A stretch of 64,000 nt of DNA from the human T2T-CHM13v2.0 reference genome, Homo sapiens, in assembly GCF_009914755.1 (NCBI RefSeq), contig NC_060928.1; one strand, 5' to 3'. The translations under genes were made by a program, and so were the position numbers. This document shows positions 51,296-64,000 of the stretch, one piece after another; the stretch's first letter is position 1, and each line of letters starts with the position of its first letter. The notes beneath the pieces are model-generated. The model worked only from the letters and a program-made list of their open reading frames with translations, made no database searches and was not told where the DNA came from.

Positions 51296-51448
51296 TGCGT
51301 GCTGTGCCGGGTGCTGGGTACCAGGCGCTGGGTGCTGGGTGCCAGGTGCATGCTGTGCTGGGTGCCGGATGCCAGGTGACAGGTGACAGGTGTGTGTTGT
51401 GCTGAGTGCTGGGTGCTGGGTGCTGGGTGCCGGGTGCTGGGTGCTGGG
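51296..51448. repeat. Degenerate (GGGTGCT)n heptamer repeat
   Basis: Repeated GGGTGCT/GGGTGCC/AGGTGAC units. Confidence 0.85.
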
Positions 51449-52669
51449 CCAAATGCCCTCCCTACACAACCGGGCTGGATGCTCGGCGACCCCGACTGCT
51501 TCCAGGGCCTTTTCTTGGCCAAACTGATGCAAAATGATTGAAGCCAAAAACCTCCTGAAAGCAGGTGGAGAGCTGGCACTGAGAGATGTATGGGAGTCAG
51601 TCACCTCCCGGTTACCCAGCGCCTGGTCCTCATGGTCCCTTAGAGTCTGCCACCCGGCTCCACTGTGGAGGAAAATTGAGCCTGAGAAAAGAACGGGTTT
51701 GCCCCGATTTCCCAGTGCTGACGCCAAGCTGGGTGGGACCTCACAGCTACAAACCTGGCCTCTTCCCCTGCGCAGGGAGATCTGCACCTGCAAGAAGGGG
51801 ACTGAGCAGGTGCCTGAGGGCCATGCGTGGAGTCTGCCTTTCCTCCAGGGGATTTCGTTTAGATCTCCAGGGGGATGCACTGTGCTGCACAGGAGTAAAC
51901 GCGGTGGAGAAAAGGAAAAAATAAACCAGAAAGGCAAGGGCAGCAGGGGCCTTGGACTGCCACGCTCAGGGGCCACCCAGTAACTGTGCCCCGACCATGT
52001 GCTATCCCACCCCCACAGAAGTAGCTTCCTTTTGTTAAATTGCTACGAATTCTCTCCGCCCCTTGCCTCTCTGGGATCTCAAAGACCCTCCCCCAACTTC
52101 TCAGAAGGACGTTTGGCTGCTGCGCCAGGGCCCCATAAACCCCGACAAGACTCGGTCCTGAGCCGCTGCTGCACAAGGTTGGCGCAGGGAGGGAAATGGC
52201 AGGTGGCAGTGCCTGCCCCACAGGGCCCAGAACCTCCAGCACCCAGCAGTGATGTGCACCCTCGTTGAGCTTAGCTTCCCTTGAAATCCTCCACTGGGTC
52301 TAGTAAATGGTGGGGTCCCTCCCGCACTCATTCATTTATTCCTTCATTCCCAATCTGTCTGTGCTGGGCAAAGTTTGATGAGTGAGGCTTTAGCTGTGAA
52401 CAAGTCAGTACAGTTTGCAGACGTCATACAAATAAGCAAATCAACGTGCAAGATCACGATCAATTGTGACAGGTAAACCTGGAGCCAGGCTCACACCCAG
52501 GCTTTGCCAGGAGAAAGCAGAGGTCCTGGGAGGTGGTGGCACTCACCCAGAGCCACCAACCAGAGGAGGCAGAGGCTGGATTTACTTTAGGGGTCTCTAA
52601 AACCATCCTAACAGCTCCCAGGGCCAGAAATCCTGTTTACTCCCCTTAAATGTAAATGTCCAGGGGCGG

Positions 52670-53208
<539 letters not shown>

Positions 53209-53676
53209 TTATCTGTGCTCCAGGGGACTTAAACTGTCTTCATGTCACTGGATGGGGCTGCTGGGACCCAGAATTAGTGCGCCAATTCTGTATCTAATCG
53301 CTTGCAGCAGCAAACTAGGCAAACCTGACAGCTGCTCCAGCTGGGCAGAGGCTCTCCCAGGTGCCCCTGCAAGCTCCACTCCCCAGGACGTGAGCTGGCA
53401 TTTTCACAAATTGAGGTAGGCCAGACAGTGCTCCCTGGAGAGTGGAGGAGGCATGGGGGGACTTGGTCTTCCTCTATCCAGCCCTGGCACCATCCCCCCA
53501 ACCAGGTTGTTCTTTGGGTCTGGGGCATTGCTGCACTTCCTCCTCCTCTCCAGTCTCTGCCTGGCTGTGCCCGGGCAGCAGGGGCTTCTCAAGCTTGTTC
53601 AGCCTTGAATACAACCCACCGCTCTTTGAGCCAGTCCTGGCTCCAGGAGGGGTTCCATTTCTCCACTGTCCAGCTA

Positions 53677-54123
<447 letters not shown>

Positions 54124-54539
54124 CTAGCTGGGAGTAGGGAAAGCAGGCCTGAGGAGGCCTCACAGGCCCTGCAGCCCCTGCACTGCCAGTTCCAGGCTTC
54201 GGCTCCCCTCCTAACGCTGGTCCCATGTGCACCAAGTCCCAATGCTGTCCCGTCGCTGGGGTCTCAGGGACCGCTGTCTCCTCGTCTCCTCTTAGGAGCT
54301 CTAACTCCAAACTCCGCTCCTAGACTCGGTCCTCCAAACTCCAGGCGCTGCCTTCAAGCGCAGGCAGCAGCGGTCACATCTCCACTGTTCCCAGCACCGG
54401 GGAAATGGCTTTCGTGTTGCTCACACCCAGCTCAGATGCCCAGTCCCCTTCCCTGACCTCAGACCATACAGCAGCGTTCTCTGTGTGCTTTACACCACCA
54501 CACCCCTAAAAGCTCCCTGCGAGAGCCACTGTTTGCTTC

Positions 54540-57430
54540 ACTGCTTCGCCCAAAACCGAGAACCCGCGGCTCACAGACGCTCCATCCTATCCGCGGACAG
54601 AAACGAATCCGAGCCGCAGCTGCACGTTTGAACCCCGCAAAGCCACTGTGAGCCGGTACTGAAACCCCAAGGAAAAGTCGGGGTTTGGGGGCGGGATCCT
54701 TGCCCCATGTGGGTTGGGAAAAGACGGTGGGAACCTTCGGGACTCTGGAGTGGTGAAATGACGGGAGAGGACACTCAACACTCCCGACTCATGCCCTTCA
54801 GAGCGGAGCTCTGACCTGGCCTCCTCCAGGCAGTCTTCCCGGCTGCGTCCTGCCCTATCTCCTCCTCCCCAGCTCGGCGTTTGCAGCCCCGCTGGGCCGC
54901 GCGCAACTGGAGCGCCAAGTTGCGTCACCTGAGCGCTGTTACCGTGGTGCCCGGTCTGACCGCGTGTGCGAACCCAGGCGTCTGCGACCGCGAAGCTGCG
55001 AGTTGTCTCGGGCCCTCCCGGAGCTGCGGGCGGCTCCTCGAGAAACTCAGAGAGCCCAGGCGCACCACGGGCCAGCCAGGACATCCCCAGGCGGCCCTGT
55101 TAGCCCCATTTTATGGAGGAAGACTGAGGCTTTGGGTTGCATGGGACCCGCGGTTACCCCGCAAACACAGACGCTTACGAAGACGCTATCGCGAGCCGAA
55201 CAGTCTGGAGGAACTACACTCACAGTAGCTCCTCCACTGGGTCTCCGCGTCCTCGCTGGCCTAACTCCGCAAACACGCCCTCCCCGGACGCAGGCTGGGT
55301 TTGCCGAGAAGTCTTGGCGGCGAAAGAGCGCAGGCAGCCAGCCCAGCAGGGCCCGCCATCTGCCTCCCCAGCCATGCCATCCCCTCCCTCACTCCACATC
55401 ACCCCTCCCCTCCCCCCACGCCACCCCCTCCCTCATCCCCACGCCACCCCTCCCCTCCCCCCACGCCCTTCCCCGGCTGCCGCCCTCTCGGAGGCGCCCG
55501 GGGCCCCGGGTTCCCGAGAGCGGCGGGGGGTCCAAAGGCGCGGGCACCGATGGCGGGCGGGGCCCTCCTGGGTCCTCTGCCCGCCGCCACCCCTCGGCCC
55601 ACCCCGCCCGCAGCATCTGCGCGTTTTAAGCCGGATAAGACGCTTCCTTCCCTGTTTGTCTGGGTTTCTTTCTCGGTTGCTCAAGGCTCTGATGTGACCT
55701 CTCCAAGAAAGGACACCAATGGCCGCGCCCCCGCCCCACGACGCTGCGGACAGCAAGCCGACTCCCCCCACCCGGCCGCCTGCCCCCTCCCCGCGTCGGT
55801 GCGCGCCTTGGCTCCGGGAAACGCCTGCCTCCGGTCGGTCTAGCGCGGCGTGTGCGAGTGCAGCCCCCGCGGGGACGTGGGCACCAACAGCAGGCGAGTG
55901 ACTACCGCGGCGCAGTTCCCGAGGACCCAGCGCCTCTCCCGAGGCCACCCTCCCGGGCAGGAATTACTGTCTGCCGGCCCGAAGCCGCCACCCCACCCGC
56001 CGCCCTGTTTCAAAGTTGGGGAGAGTCCATGCCGCGACGGAGCGAGCAGACTTGGACATGGTCGAGTGCCTGGTGCGCACGATTGGTCTTAAGAGTTTAG
56101 GGAAAAAAGCACGCGGGGAAACCACGCGGGGCCCGGCGCGCTCTCGTTTCCCACCACTGCCCCCTTCCCGGGCACCGTGGGCCGCCGCTGTTGCCCGTCC
56201 CGCTTTCTTCTCGCCTCGGAGCACCGGGTCCCCCGGAGTGACCTACTGCAGCCGAGCCCCGGCGGTCGGGGGCTTGCGCTGGGTTTTGGGACGCGGTCTC
56301 AGACGCTTGGCCCTGTGGCCCTACCCATCGGTTCCGGTCCCAAGAACGGTGCTCTCCTGTGCCTCGGGCCTTTCCCGGGGCGCCGGGCCGCGGCAGGAGC
56401 GACCTCCGCCCGCGCTACCTTCCTGCCCTGTGGCCTACCTGGGTCCCCCTTACACCTCTGCTCGGTGCAGCCCTGAGCCTCGGTTTCCCAGACGGCGCAG
56501 CTGAGGCTCTCGAGGTGACGAGAGGCTGTGGGGGTGAGGTCGCAGCCCTGCTCCCTCCTCAGTTCCGCCACCCACCCCTTCGGTAGTAACGCCGTTCTCA
56601 AAATGGGCCCAGGGCCCCTTCCGGCCAAACACAGCCTGGACTCCTGGGCAGAGACCGAGCGCGGCAGAGGTGGCCCGAAGGCCGGGTTGCGGGGGATCCC
56701 GGCCTCTGCCCAACTGCCCCGGAATCTGGCAGGCAGACACGCTGCGCCACTGGGGACAATGCGACCCCAATGAGCTGGCGCTCCCCTCTGGCGAAGGACC
56801 AGGTGGCGAGGTCGCCCCTGTCGTGTGGCCCAATGCGTTACCAGCAAGAACAAAGTCCCATCTTAACTGCTCTTCGCGCGGCTTTTGACCTTGGGTCGGG
56901 GCTGCGTCTCAGCGCTCAACAGCCCCGCTTCTCCCCACGGTTTTAAATTACCGGAACGAAGCCACTGCCAGCGGCGCCTGCACGGGGAGGGCAGGGAGCG
57001 CTCGGGGCGCATTGGGACCTCGAGTACCTTCACCCTAGGGAGTGCTCGTCCCCAGCCCGGCCTCTGCGGCCGCCCCCGGCCCAGCCCGTGCTGTCCTCAT
57101 CTTATCGCGGCCCGCCCCGGCCCTGCGCTCCCGCCGCTCCGCAGCCAGGTTTCTCCGCTGCCGTCCTCTTCCAGGGCCAAGGGGCCGTGGCAGACCCGGA
57201 GCCTCCCGGAGGCGCTTCTGCCGGGGCGGATTATCTCCCCTCTCCCACCAGGCCCCGGCGGGGGGCACCAACTCGCCCCGAAAGCCGAGAAGCGCTGGAA
57301 CTCCCCCTCCTGGCCCCCTCCTCCGCTTCTGTTTGTTTAACCTTCCGGCAGGGCGGTGACCCTGCGCCCTGCCAGGCGCTGCCATGGGGTCAGGCGGGGG
57401 TGGGGGGCGCCTCAGGGGTCCGGCGGCGGC
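54540..57430. promoter_or_regulatory. Orphan CpG island about 20 kb upstream of HMX1
   Basis: About 2.9 kb CpG-dense; CCAAT plus GC box at about 55716-55737. Confidence 0.85.
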
Positions 57431-57614
57431 TGGGAGTCCCCCGAGCAGCAGAGACCCTCCTCCTGTCTCCTGTTCTGCCCATCGTGGGAAGTGTCCCAGG
57501 CCTGGTTGTGCCAGAGGCCCTGGGCGACCTTCAGCAGTGTCTTAACTTCTCTGGGCTTTGACCTCTGGGGACAGAACACCCCGCCCTCAGTGAGAGGCCC
57601 TGCTCTAGGCAGGT

Positions 57615-57778
57615 GCGGCTACATGATCCATGTGGCCCAGTGCAAAATGAAAGATGGCCCTTGCTCAAAAACTCAAGAAATATTGTGACTTTGAAGGCAG
57701 CAAACACAGAGGAGGGGCCCTTCTGAACGGGGCCCTGCGGGACTGTACAGGTCCCTTGAGCCCATGGAGCTAGCCTTG
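57615..57778 (-). mobile_element. MER45-like hAT-Tip100 relic
   Basis: GGCCCAGTGCAAAATGAAA...GGGGCCCTTCTGA...GGGGCCCTG...CCCATGGAGCTAGCC. Confidence 0.6.
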
Positions 57779-60016
57779 ACTTCTGGACTAAGACCCCCCA
57801 CAGAGAGCCTCCACCTGCGCCAGCGGCAGGCCGTTCTTCCCTTGTGCACCCTGAGTGCTCAGTCCTGGGCCCTGGGCAAGGTGGGGCTGGTCTCAGAGGG
57901 GCTCAGGGAGATCCCTGCAAATTAGGGCCGCCCTTGTCCTGCTGCTGCTCCCCAGGCAGCTGCCTGTGGGCTGTCCTCTCCCCCTGCGTTGGGGACTCTA
58001 GGGGCACAGTTAGGGCTAATGGTGCAGTGTCACCCTTGGCCCAGCCCTCTGCAGGGATGTCGAAGGTCTACCCTGGAGATCTGACTTAACTACTCTCAGG
58101 AGGTAACAGGTAGGGGTGGGAGGAGGGCGGGGCGGGAAGAGGGCCAAGGTGGATGATGGTGACTGTGACTTAGAGGAGGCAGGGCCCAGGTTTCTGGAGC
58201 TGGGTCTGCCAAGGGCCTGGTCTCAGGGCCACATTCTGGGTGTGTTTCTCAGGCGCTAGTTTTGCCTCCTGAATGTTGGGGAGAATAACTCCCCCTCCCA
58301 GTGTGGGGCAGGGGAGGGGCAGGGAGGGGTGGGGTGCTGTGCGCACCTCGGGTGGGTTCCCCTTTGAGCCTCACAATGATGACGTCACCCCCATCTGGAG
58401 GACAAAAACTAGGAGGCCCAGGGCAGCTGGGTAAGGGGTCCAGAGTCACGCAGCCCACAGGCCCCAGGTCCACAGCAGCGCAGGGTGGGTGCCTGTGCAT
58501 TCAGGCCAGAGAGAGCAGATTCTGGGCCTCGGGCTCAGGGCCTATGGGATGCAGGGTGGCCTCTGCCACCCAGAGTCCCACAGCCAGGCACCCTTACCAA
58601 GCCCAGGCAGAGTTCAAGAAGCTCAGGGACTCTAGGGGCACTGATGGGGCTAATGGCCCATATCCCCCTGGGCCCAGCCATGGGTCTTGGAGCTCTCCCA
58701 GTGACAAACCAGCCCCAAAAGCTGAGCAAATGGCCTGCGACAGCCGCCCGAGGAGGCCCTGGCTTGGACCCAAGACCTCTTGTTTCTCTGGCCCCAGAAA
58801 ACGCTTCTGGGTTCTGAGGATTAGGTTCTGGGAGGAATCCAAGCTCTGTGGGAGAAACTTGGGCAAGGCGCTGGCCCCTGTGGGCCTCAGTTTACCTAGC
58901 TGTAAGGAGTGGATGGGGTCTGAGTAGGAGCAGACAGGCAGGTGGATCCACAAGATGAAGCTGACCTGGAGATAATTCCCCAGCCCCTCCTGGGAACGGT
59001 GGCCAGGCAAGCGCTCCTGGGCCTCCACACCCCATGCCCTGGCTTGGGCCCGCTCCCTCATACACAGCCAATGTATGACAAGTGTGTGGGCCCTGAAGAG
59101 GCCCCTGGGCTCTCAGGGGTTCCGGGAAGCACACTAGGACTTTGACGGTGGCATGTTCCATGCTAACAGGGTGTGGCGGGCCTTCCAGCTCAGTGGGCAG
59201 GTCCAGGAGTCTACCAGCTCAGCGTGGTGCCCCGGTCCCAGCCACCTGGAGCTGCACAACAAGCTGAGTCCTTGCTGGCCACCAACACTGACGCAGGCCC
59301 CATCCCTCCAGCCTGACCTCAGGAGGCTGGTGGGCAGGGAGCCTAGTCCCTAGGCCAGGTGGCCCTCCCCCCCAGCCACTGTGCCTGCTGTGTTCTAGGG
59401 ATGGAGGCCTGGGGACCTGCAGGGTATGGCAGTGCCCAAGATCATGGTTCTTTCCACACTCTGGAGGTTGAGGAGGTGGGGAGTGCTGAGAAGAGGCGCT
59501 GTTGAGAGACAGACATCTCTGCTTCCTGGTGATTCCTTCAATAACCGGGTGAAATAACAGGCCAACCTCAGTTCACTGAAGAGGAAACAGAGGCCCAGAG
59601 AGGTTAGGGAACTCACTTAAGGGCACACAGCAGCAGGAAGAGGTAGATTTGAATTTGGGACATGGCTGCCCCCTGCCACCTAGCCTCTGCACACACAAGT
59701 GCATGCATACACACACATATATGCGCACACACACACGTGCACAGTGATTGAAACACAGATTTAGACCTTGGGCATGCAGGGCAGAAGGCCCATCCGAGAA
59801 GATGCAAACACAAATCCATTTCCTTCAAGTGTTGATTGATTTCTCTTCAAGAACGCCTGCATTATGCAAGGGGCTGAAGGTCAGCTGATTTAAATGGAAA
59901 TGAGTTCGGGAAAAACAAATCAACACAGCTCCAGGTTCAATTCACTGGAAAAGCACATCGCCTTGAGTTACTCAAGGAATGACAGGGCCATTGTAGAGAT
60001 AGCTGGACAGCCTGCT

Positions 60017-60261
60017 CACCGTGCTTCCGGGGGTCTCAGCCTTGGAAGATCACCGTGCTTCCGGGGGTCTCAGCCTTGGAAGATCACCGTGCTTCCGGGG
60101 GTCTCAGCCTTGGAAGATCACCGTGCTCCCGGGGGTCTCAGCTTTGGAAGATCACCTTGCTCCCGGGGGTCTCAGCTTTGGAAGATCACTGTTCTCCCAG
60201 GGGGCTCAGCTTTGGAAGATCATCCTGCTCCAGCTCCCAGGGGGTCTCAGGCTTGGAAGAT
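60017..60261. repeat. 34-bp minisatellite CACCGTGCTTCCGGGGGTCTCAGCCTTGGAAGAT, about 7 copies
   Basis: Units at 60017, 60051, 60085, 60119, 60153, 60187 and 60221. Confidence 0.95.
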
Positions 60262-62109
60262 GTCTCTGGAGTTGCTGGGTCCTCCATGAGTTCACTTATC
60301 CTGGCTGGAGCTGGGGGTTACCACGGAAACCTGGAGGGACTTTTCCCCTAACAAGTCTTTTTTTTTTTTTTTTCCCAAACAAACACTTTTTGGAAGAGTT
60401 TACCCCGAAGTGTGGCTTGGGTTTTGCATCTCAAGTGGTCTAAGCAGCTCTATAGTCTCTGCAAAAGAAAAACACATATTCCCTCCCTCTGTCCTTCCCA
60501 CCTTCTCGCCCTCCCCTCCTCCTTCTCTCCTGTCTGCCTTCCTTCCTTTTCTCCTTCTTCCTCCTTCCTCCCTCTCTTCCTTTGACTGGCCAGTCATCAG
60601 GCTGGTTTCTGGAACGGGGCAGGGAGCAGACAGCCAGGGCCATTCCCATGTGGCACTCGTGGCCGTGACCTCACTCGTGTTCTTCAGCTGGCCTGTGAGG
60701 CCACCGTGCTGTCTTCATTTAGAAGTGCAGACGCAGAGTCCCAGAGAGGTGGAGTGATTTGCCCAAGATGGCCCAGCAAATGGGTTCCTGAACCTGGCAG
60801 CAGCCCCTCTGCCTCAGGCATTCCCTCCTCTCCAGCTCTTCTGGCAAGTCCCTCCCTACCTGCTTTGTGTCCTGCAGCTGGTCTGGGCTGACTCACAACC
60901 CCAAGCCTCGGTGCCTCCTCCCTGCCACGCTGGGACTTGCCTGCACCCTAGGGCACCGACTCTTTGTTAAATGATGTCTTAAACATTGTGGGCAGCGTTT
61001 ACATCTCACTTGGAGATTCTCGGGCCTCCTTGGGCAAAATCTGCCACCTCTGCTCTGTCCCATCATGGTCCTTGGCACGAGTCCCCCTCGGATCACCAGT
61101 CCCTGGCTCCCACCTCCACTCACTTGGACTAGCCTGAAGGCTGACCTAATCCCATGCTGGGCCCCAGCCCCCAGAGCACAGAGCCAGGCACATGCAGTTG
61201 CTGTCATTCTAGATGGGCCCGGGGAAGTAAAAGCATTTCAAGCCAGAAGGGCTGGGGGAAGGAACGACAAGGGAGAGGAGCTACCTCTGCTGTATTGTGA
61301 AAGACGGAGGTGACCAGAGTGGAGGGACATTGGGGTCTCGAGAGAAGAGAATACCGGGAAGTTAGCTGAGGACCCCCTGAGGCAGGAAAGGTAACAGGCA
61401 GAGGAAGGAGGAAATCGAGGCAGGAGGAGCCAAACCCGGAGTTTGCCCAGAAGAGCGGAATTCCTCCCCATCCACATCATCTGTAGCCTGTGGTTTTGAT
61501 TACCTTCTGGCAGTCCGTAGCGCCCCTTAGGAGCTGAAGCACTTGCGTTTCCATCTGCTGATCAGACATGGGAGGAAACCAAGACAAATAAGACGTCCAC
61601 ATTGTGGTGGGAGCATGTTTTTGGCTCTAGATTTGAAATTAGCATAATGTTTGTCTAAAGCTAACAACAGTACATTCTTCCTGTCTGGAAACGTGTTAAT
61701 GATCTTAATATTTAGGAGAAAGTGTCTTCAGATGGAGAGAAAGCTGGCTCCCTGCACCAAGATTCAGTTTGCTTAGAGCGATTTTACTGTCATGTGTTTT
61801 CTTGGAGGAACCAGAGGGAGACATCTGGGTAGTTTATCATCATTTCTTTGAAATACCTTTATATCTTTAAAATATGTGCTTCCTGCCCCCAGAGCTGTTG
61901 GATCGTGAGGACATACAGGCCACACCTGAAGGCTGCTGGCATCCTTCTCAGGTGCTCTGTGGCTTAGCTCTTTGCTCTCTAACAGGTGAGGAATTATTCA
62001 GCCCATTTTACAGTCATGAAGACTGAGCCTGAGGCAGAGTGACCTGCAGACCCAGGGTTACATAGCCCTGGCAGGGACTCGGGTGCGGCCCAGCTCACCT
62101 TGAGTTTAC

Positions 62110-62405
62110 TTTTTTTATTTTTTTTTTGAGACAGAGTCTTGCTGTGTCACCCAGGCTGCAGTGCAATGGCATGATCTCGGCTCACTGCAACCTGTCTCCC
62201 GGGTTCAAGCGACTCTCCTGCCTCAGCCTCCCGAGAAGCTGAGGTTACAGGCACACACTACCAGCCTGGCTAATTTTTGTATTTTTAGCAGAGACAGGGT
62301 TTCACCATGTTGGCCAGGATGGTCCCGAAATCCTGACCTCAGGTGATCTGCCCGCCTCGGCCTCCCAAAGTGCTGGGATTACATGCATAAGCCACCGCGC
62401 CTGGC
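62110..62405 (-). mobile_element. Alu (AluS), reverse orientation
   Basis: PolyT followed by GAGACAGAGTCTTGC...CCCAAAGTGCTGGGATTACA. Confidence 0.92.
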
Positions 62406-63788
62406 CTGAGTTTGCTTTTGTAAGCAGCCTTGAGCATTTTCTGCTGTCCCTGGAAGGGGGCCCAGCTCTGCTCGGCAGTTGTCCAGGGCCGGCTGCGCTA
62501 ACAAACACCAGATCCAGAGCTGGGGGTCTCATCTTCAGTGAAATCAGCCACAGCAAAAGGTGTTGGCAGGTGCAGGTTTCCTGAAAGCCTAGGGCTGATA
62601 GGGAAGCAATTGCCTCTTGCTGAAAGCATTTTCTCTTGGAAATCTCAACCTGTCCACTCTCCTCTGGAGAAGCGGGGAGCAGAGGCCATACGGCCATAAC
62701 CAGACCTTGTCCTTCCCTGCTTCACCCCAGAAGGCACCCTGGGCTGGGATCCGAGCTTGGACTCCATCCCTTTCCCAGTTTCCATCTCGCCTCGAGGCAG
62801 CCCTCTGTGCTGGGCCGAGGCTTGCATAGCCGTCAAATGGAGCCTCAAAGTGGCTGAGGGTCACAAAAAACATCTGTGACGCTGCTGACCCCAGTGTGGG
62901 TTCAGTCATTCAGCCTTATGGGGTCCTCGTGGCCCCGGGTACAGCCTTCCTCACTTCAGAGAGAAAGGGCTTTGAAAGCTTCTCTGGCTCACAGATCGTC
63001 AGGGCCTCACTACTCGAGCAGAAAACGCTGAATGGATTCAAAGCTGAATATTTGGTGCTGTTCTAACCCATCTCTTCTTGATGATCTGAGTTCCAAGATG
63101 TTCTCTGGAACATCATTCCTGCAAGGCTTCTCTGAAAAAAGGACCCTGTGGCTGCTGAAGCCTGGGAGATGCCATACACTGGGCCCATCCCCACCACTAG
63201 AGATCTGTGTCGACCCTGAGCAAATTAACCGCCCTGACCTCCCTGCAGAGACGGCCTTCACTGCAGTGAGCCCAGCCTGGCATGTTCCGAACTCACGGGA
63301 CTCAGACCCCTTTCCCCATCACTTTTCTTGTTCGGGGTCCCCTCAGGAGACAGAAACCACCCATCGTTCTAACAGAGAGTCCCGTGTAGAGAAGGGGTAG
63401 CTTGGTATTGAGGGATGGAAAGGCAGAGGGACTCTGAGACGCCATGGAGTAGCAACCTTGGGAAGCCGCTGCCACCCCAGGGCTGGGAAAACATGGCGAA
63501 GCAGAAGGAATTACTCCAACTAGGCAGCTCAGAAGAGGGGCGGTGGAGTTGGGCCCCCGATGACTGAGGGCCTGTGGGCTATGCCTGTTTCTGAAGGGCC
63601 AGGAGGTTGGCCCAGTGAGCGTAGGGATACCACTAACAGAAGGAGGAAGGAATTTCCCCTGCTGCGGTGAAGAGCATTGCCATGGTGACATTCCTGCCAG
63701 GCCAGCTCCCCCTAGCTCTGCCTGGGAGCAGAGCCCACTAAGTCAACGGTGGTTTTTCCTGCAGATATAAATTACTGCTATGACCCAA

Positions 63789-64000
63789 TAGATTTACCTC
63801 TTAGAACTTGTTCTGCAGTGGGCAGGTCTATGCAAACCTCCCCCAAAAGTCTGGGAAAGCTGAGAGGCTGACATATCCCATTTCTGAGAAAGGAACATTT
63901 AACATAGCCTTAGGGACATAAGACGCATCTGTGTGTTGGATGGTGGTGATGCAAGATGGTGGCTCCCTACACCAGAACCCCCTGACCCAGCACTTAGATG
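63789..64000. mobile_element. ERV1-class (MER4-group-like) LTR, cut by window edge
   Basis: TG...GGCAGGTCTATGCAAACCT...AAGCTGAGAGGCTGACA...AACATTTAA. Confidence 0.6.

Noticed and set aside
50723-51976. 417-aa ORF, the longest in the track
   Set aside because: Non-ATG start, runs through a heptamer repeat and a MIR-like piece, and has no recognisable domain.

Overview
Primate (almost certainly human) genomic DNA, GC-rich, with Alu, MIR, L1, MaLR/ERV LTR and hAT repeats; not prokaryotic. The only credible protein-coding gene is the NK5/H6-family homeobox gene HMX1 (human 4p16.1) on the minus strand. Exon 1 CDS is 34521-34128 and exon 2 CDS is 31251-30599 (1047 nt, 348 aa; eh1 motif, homeodomain, HMX C-terminal motifs), with a polyA signal at 29971-29976. 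The gene sits in a cluster of CpG islands, including orphan islands at about 20-25 kb and 54.5-57.4 kb. Main second-look items: (1) a distal alternative terminal exon (9229 to about 8980) built from an old MLT1 LTR that splices in frame to exon 1, giving a 190-aa eh1-containing protein with no homeodomain; (2) a compact Pbx-Hox/Meis/NK/Sox motif cluster next to a polar 34-bp VNTR; (3) orphan CpG islands where the lost tandem partner HMX4/SOHo1 would be expected; (4) a perfect 18-bp hairpin; (5) a VNTR that multimerises an AP-2-like motif. Nearly all other ORFs in the track are GC-content or repeat artefacts. Repeat subfamily names and boundaries are judged by eye and are approximate.
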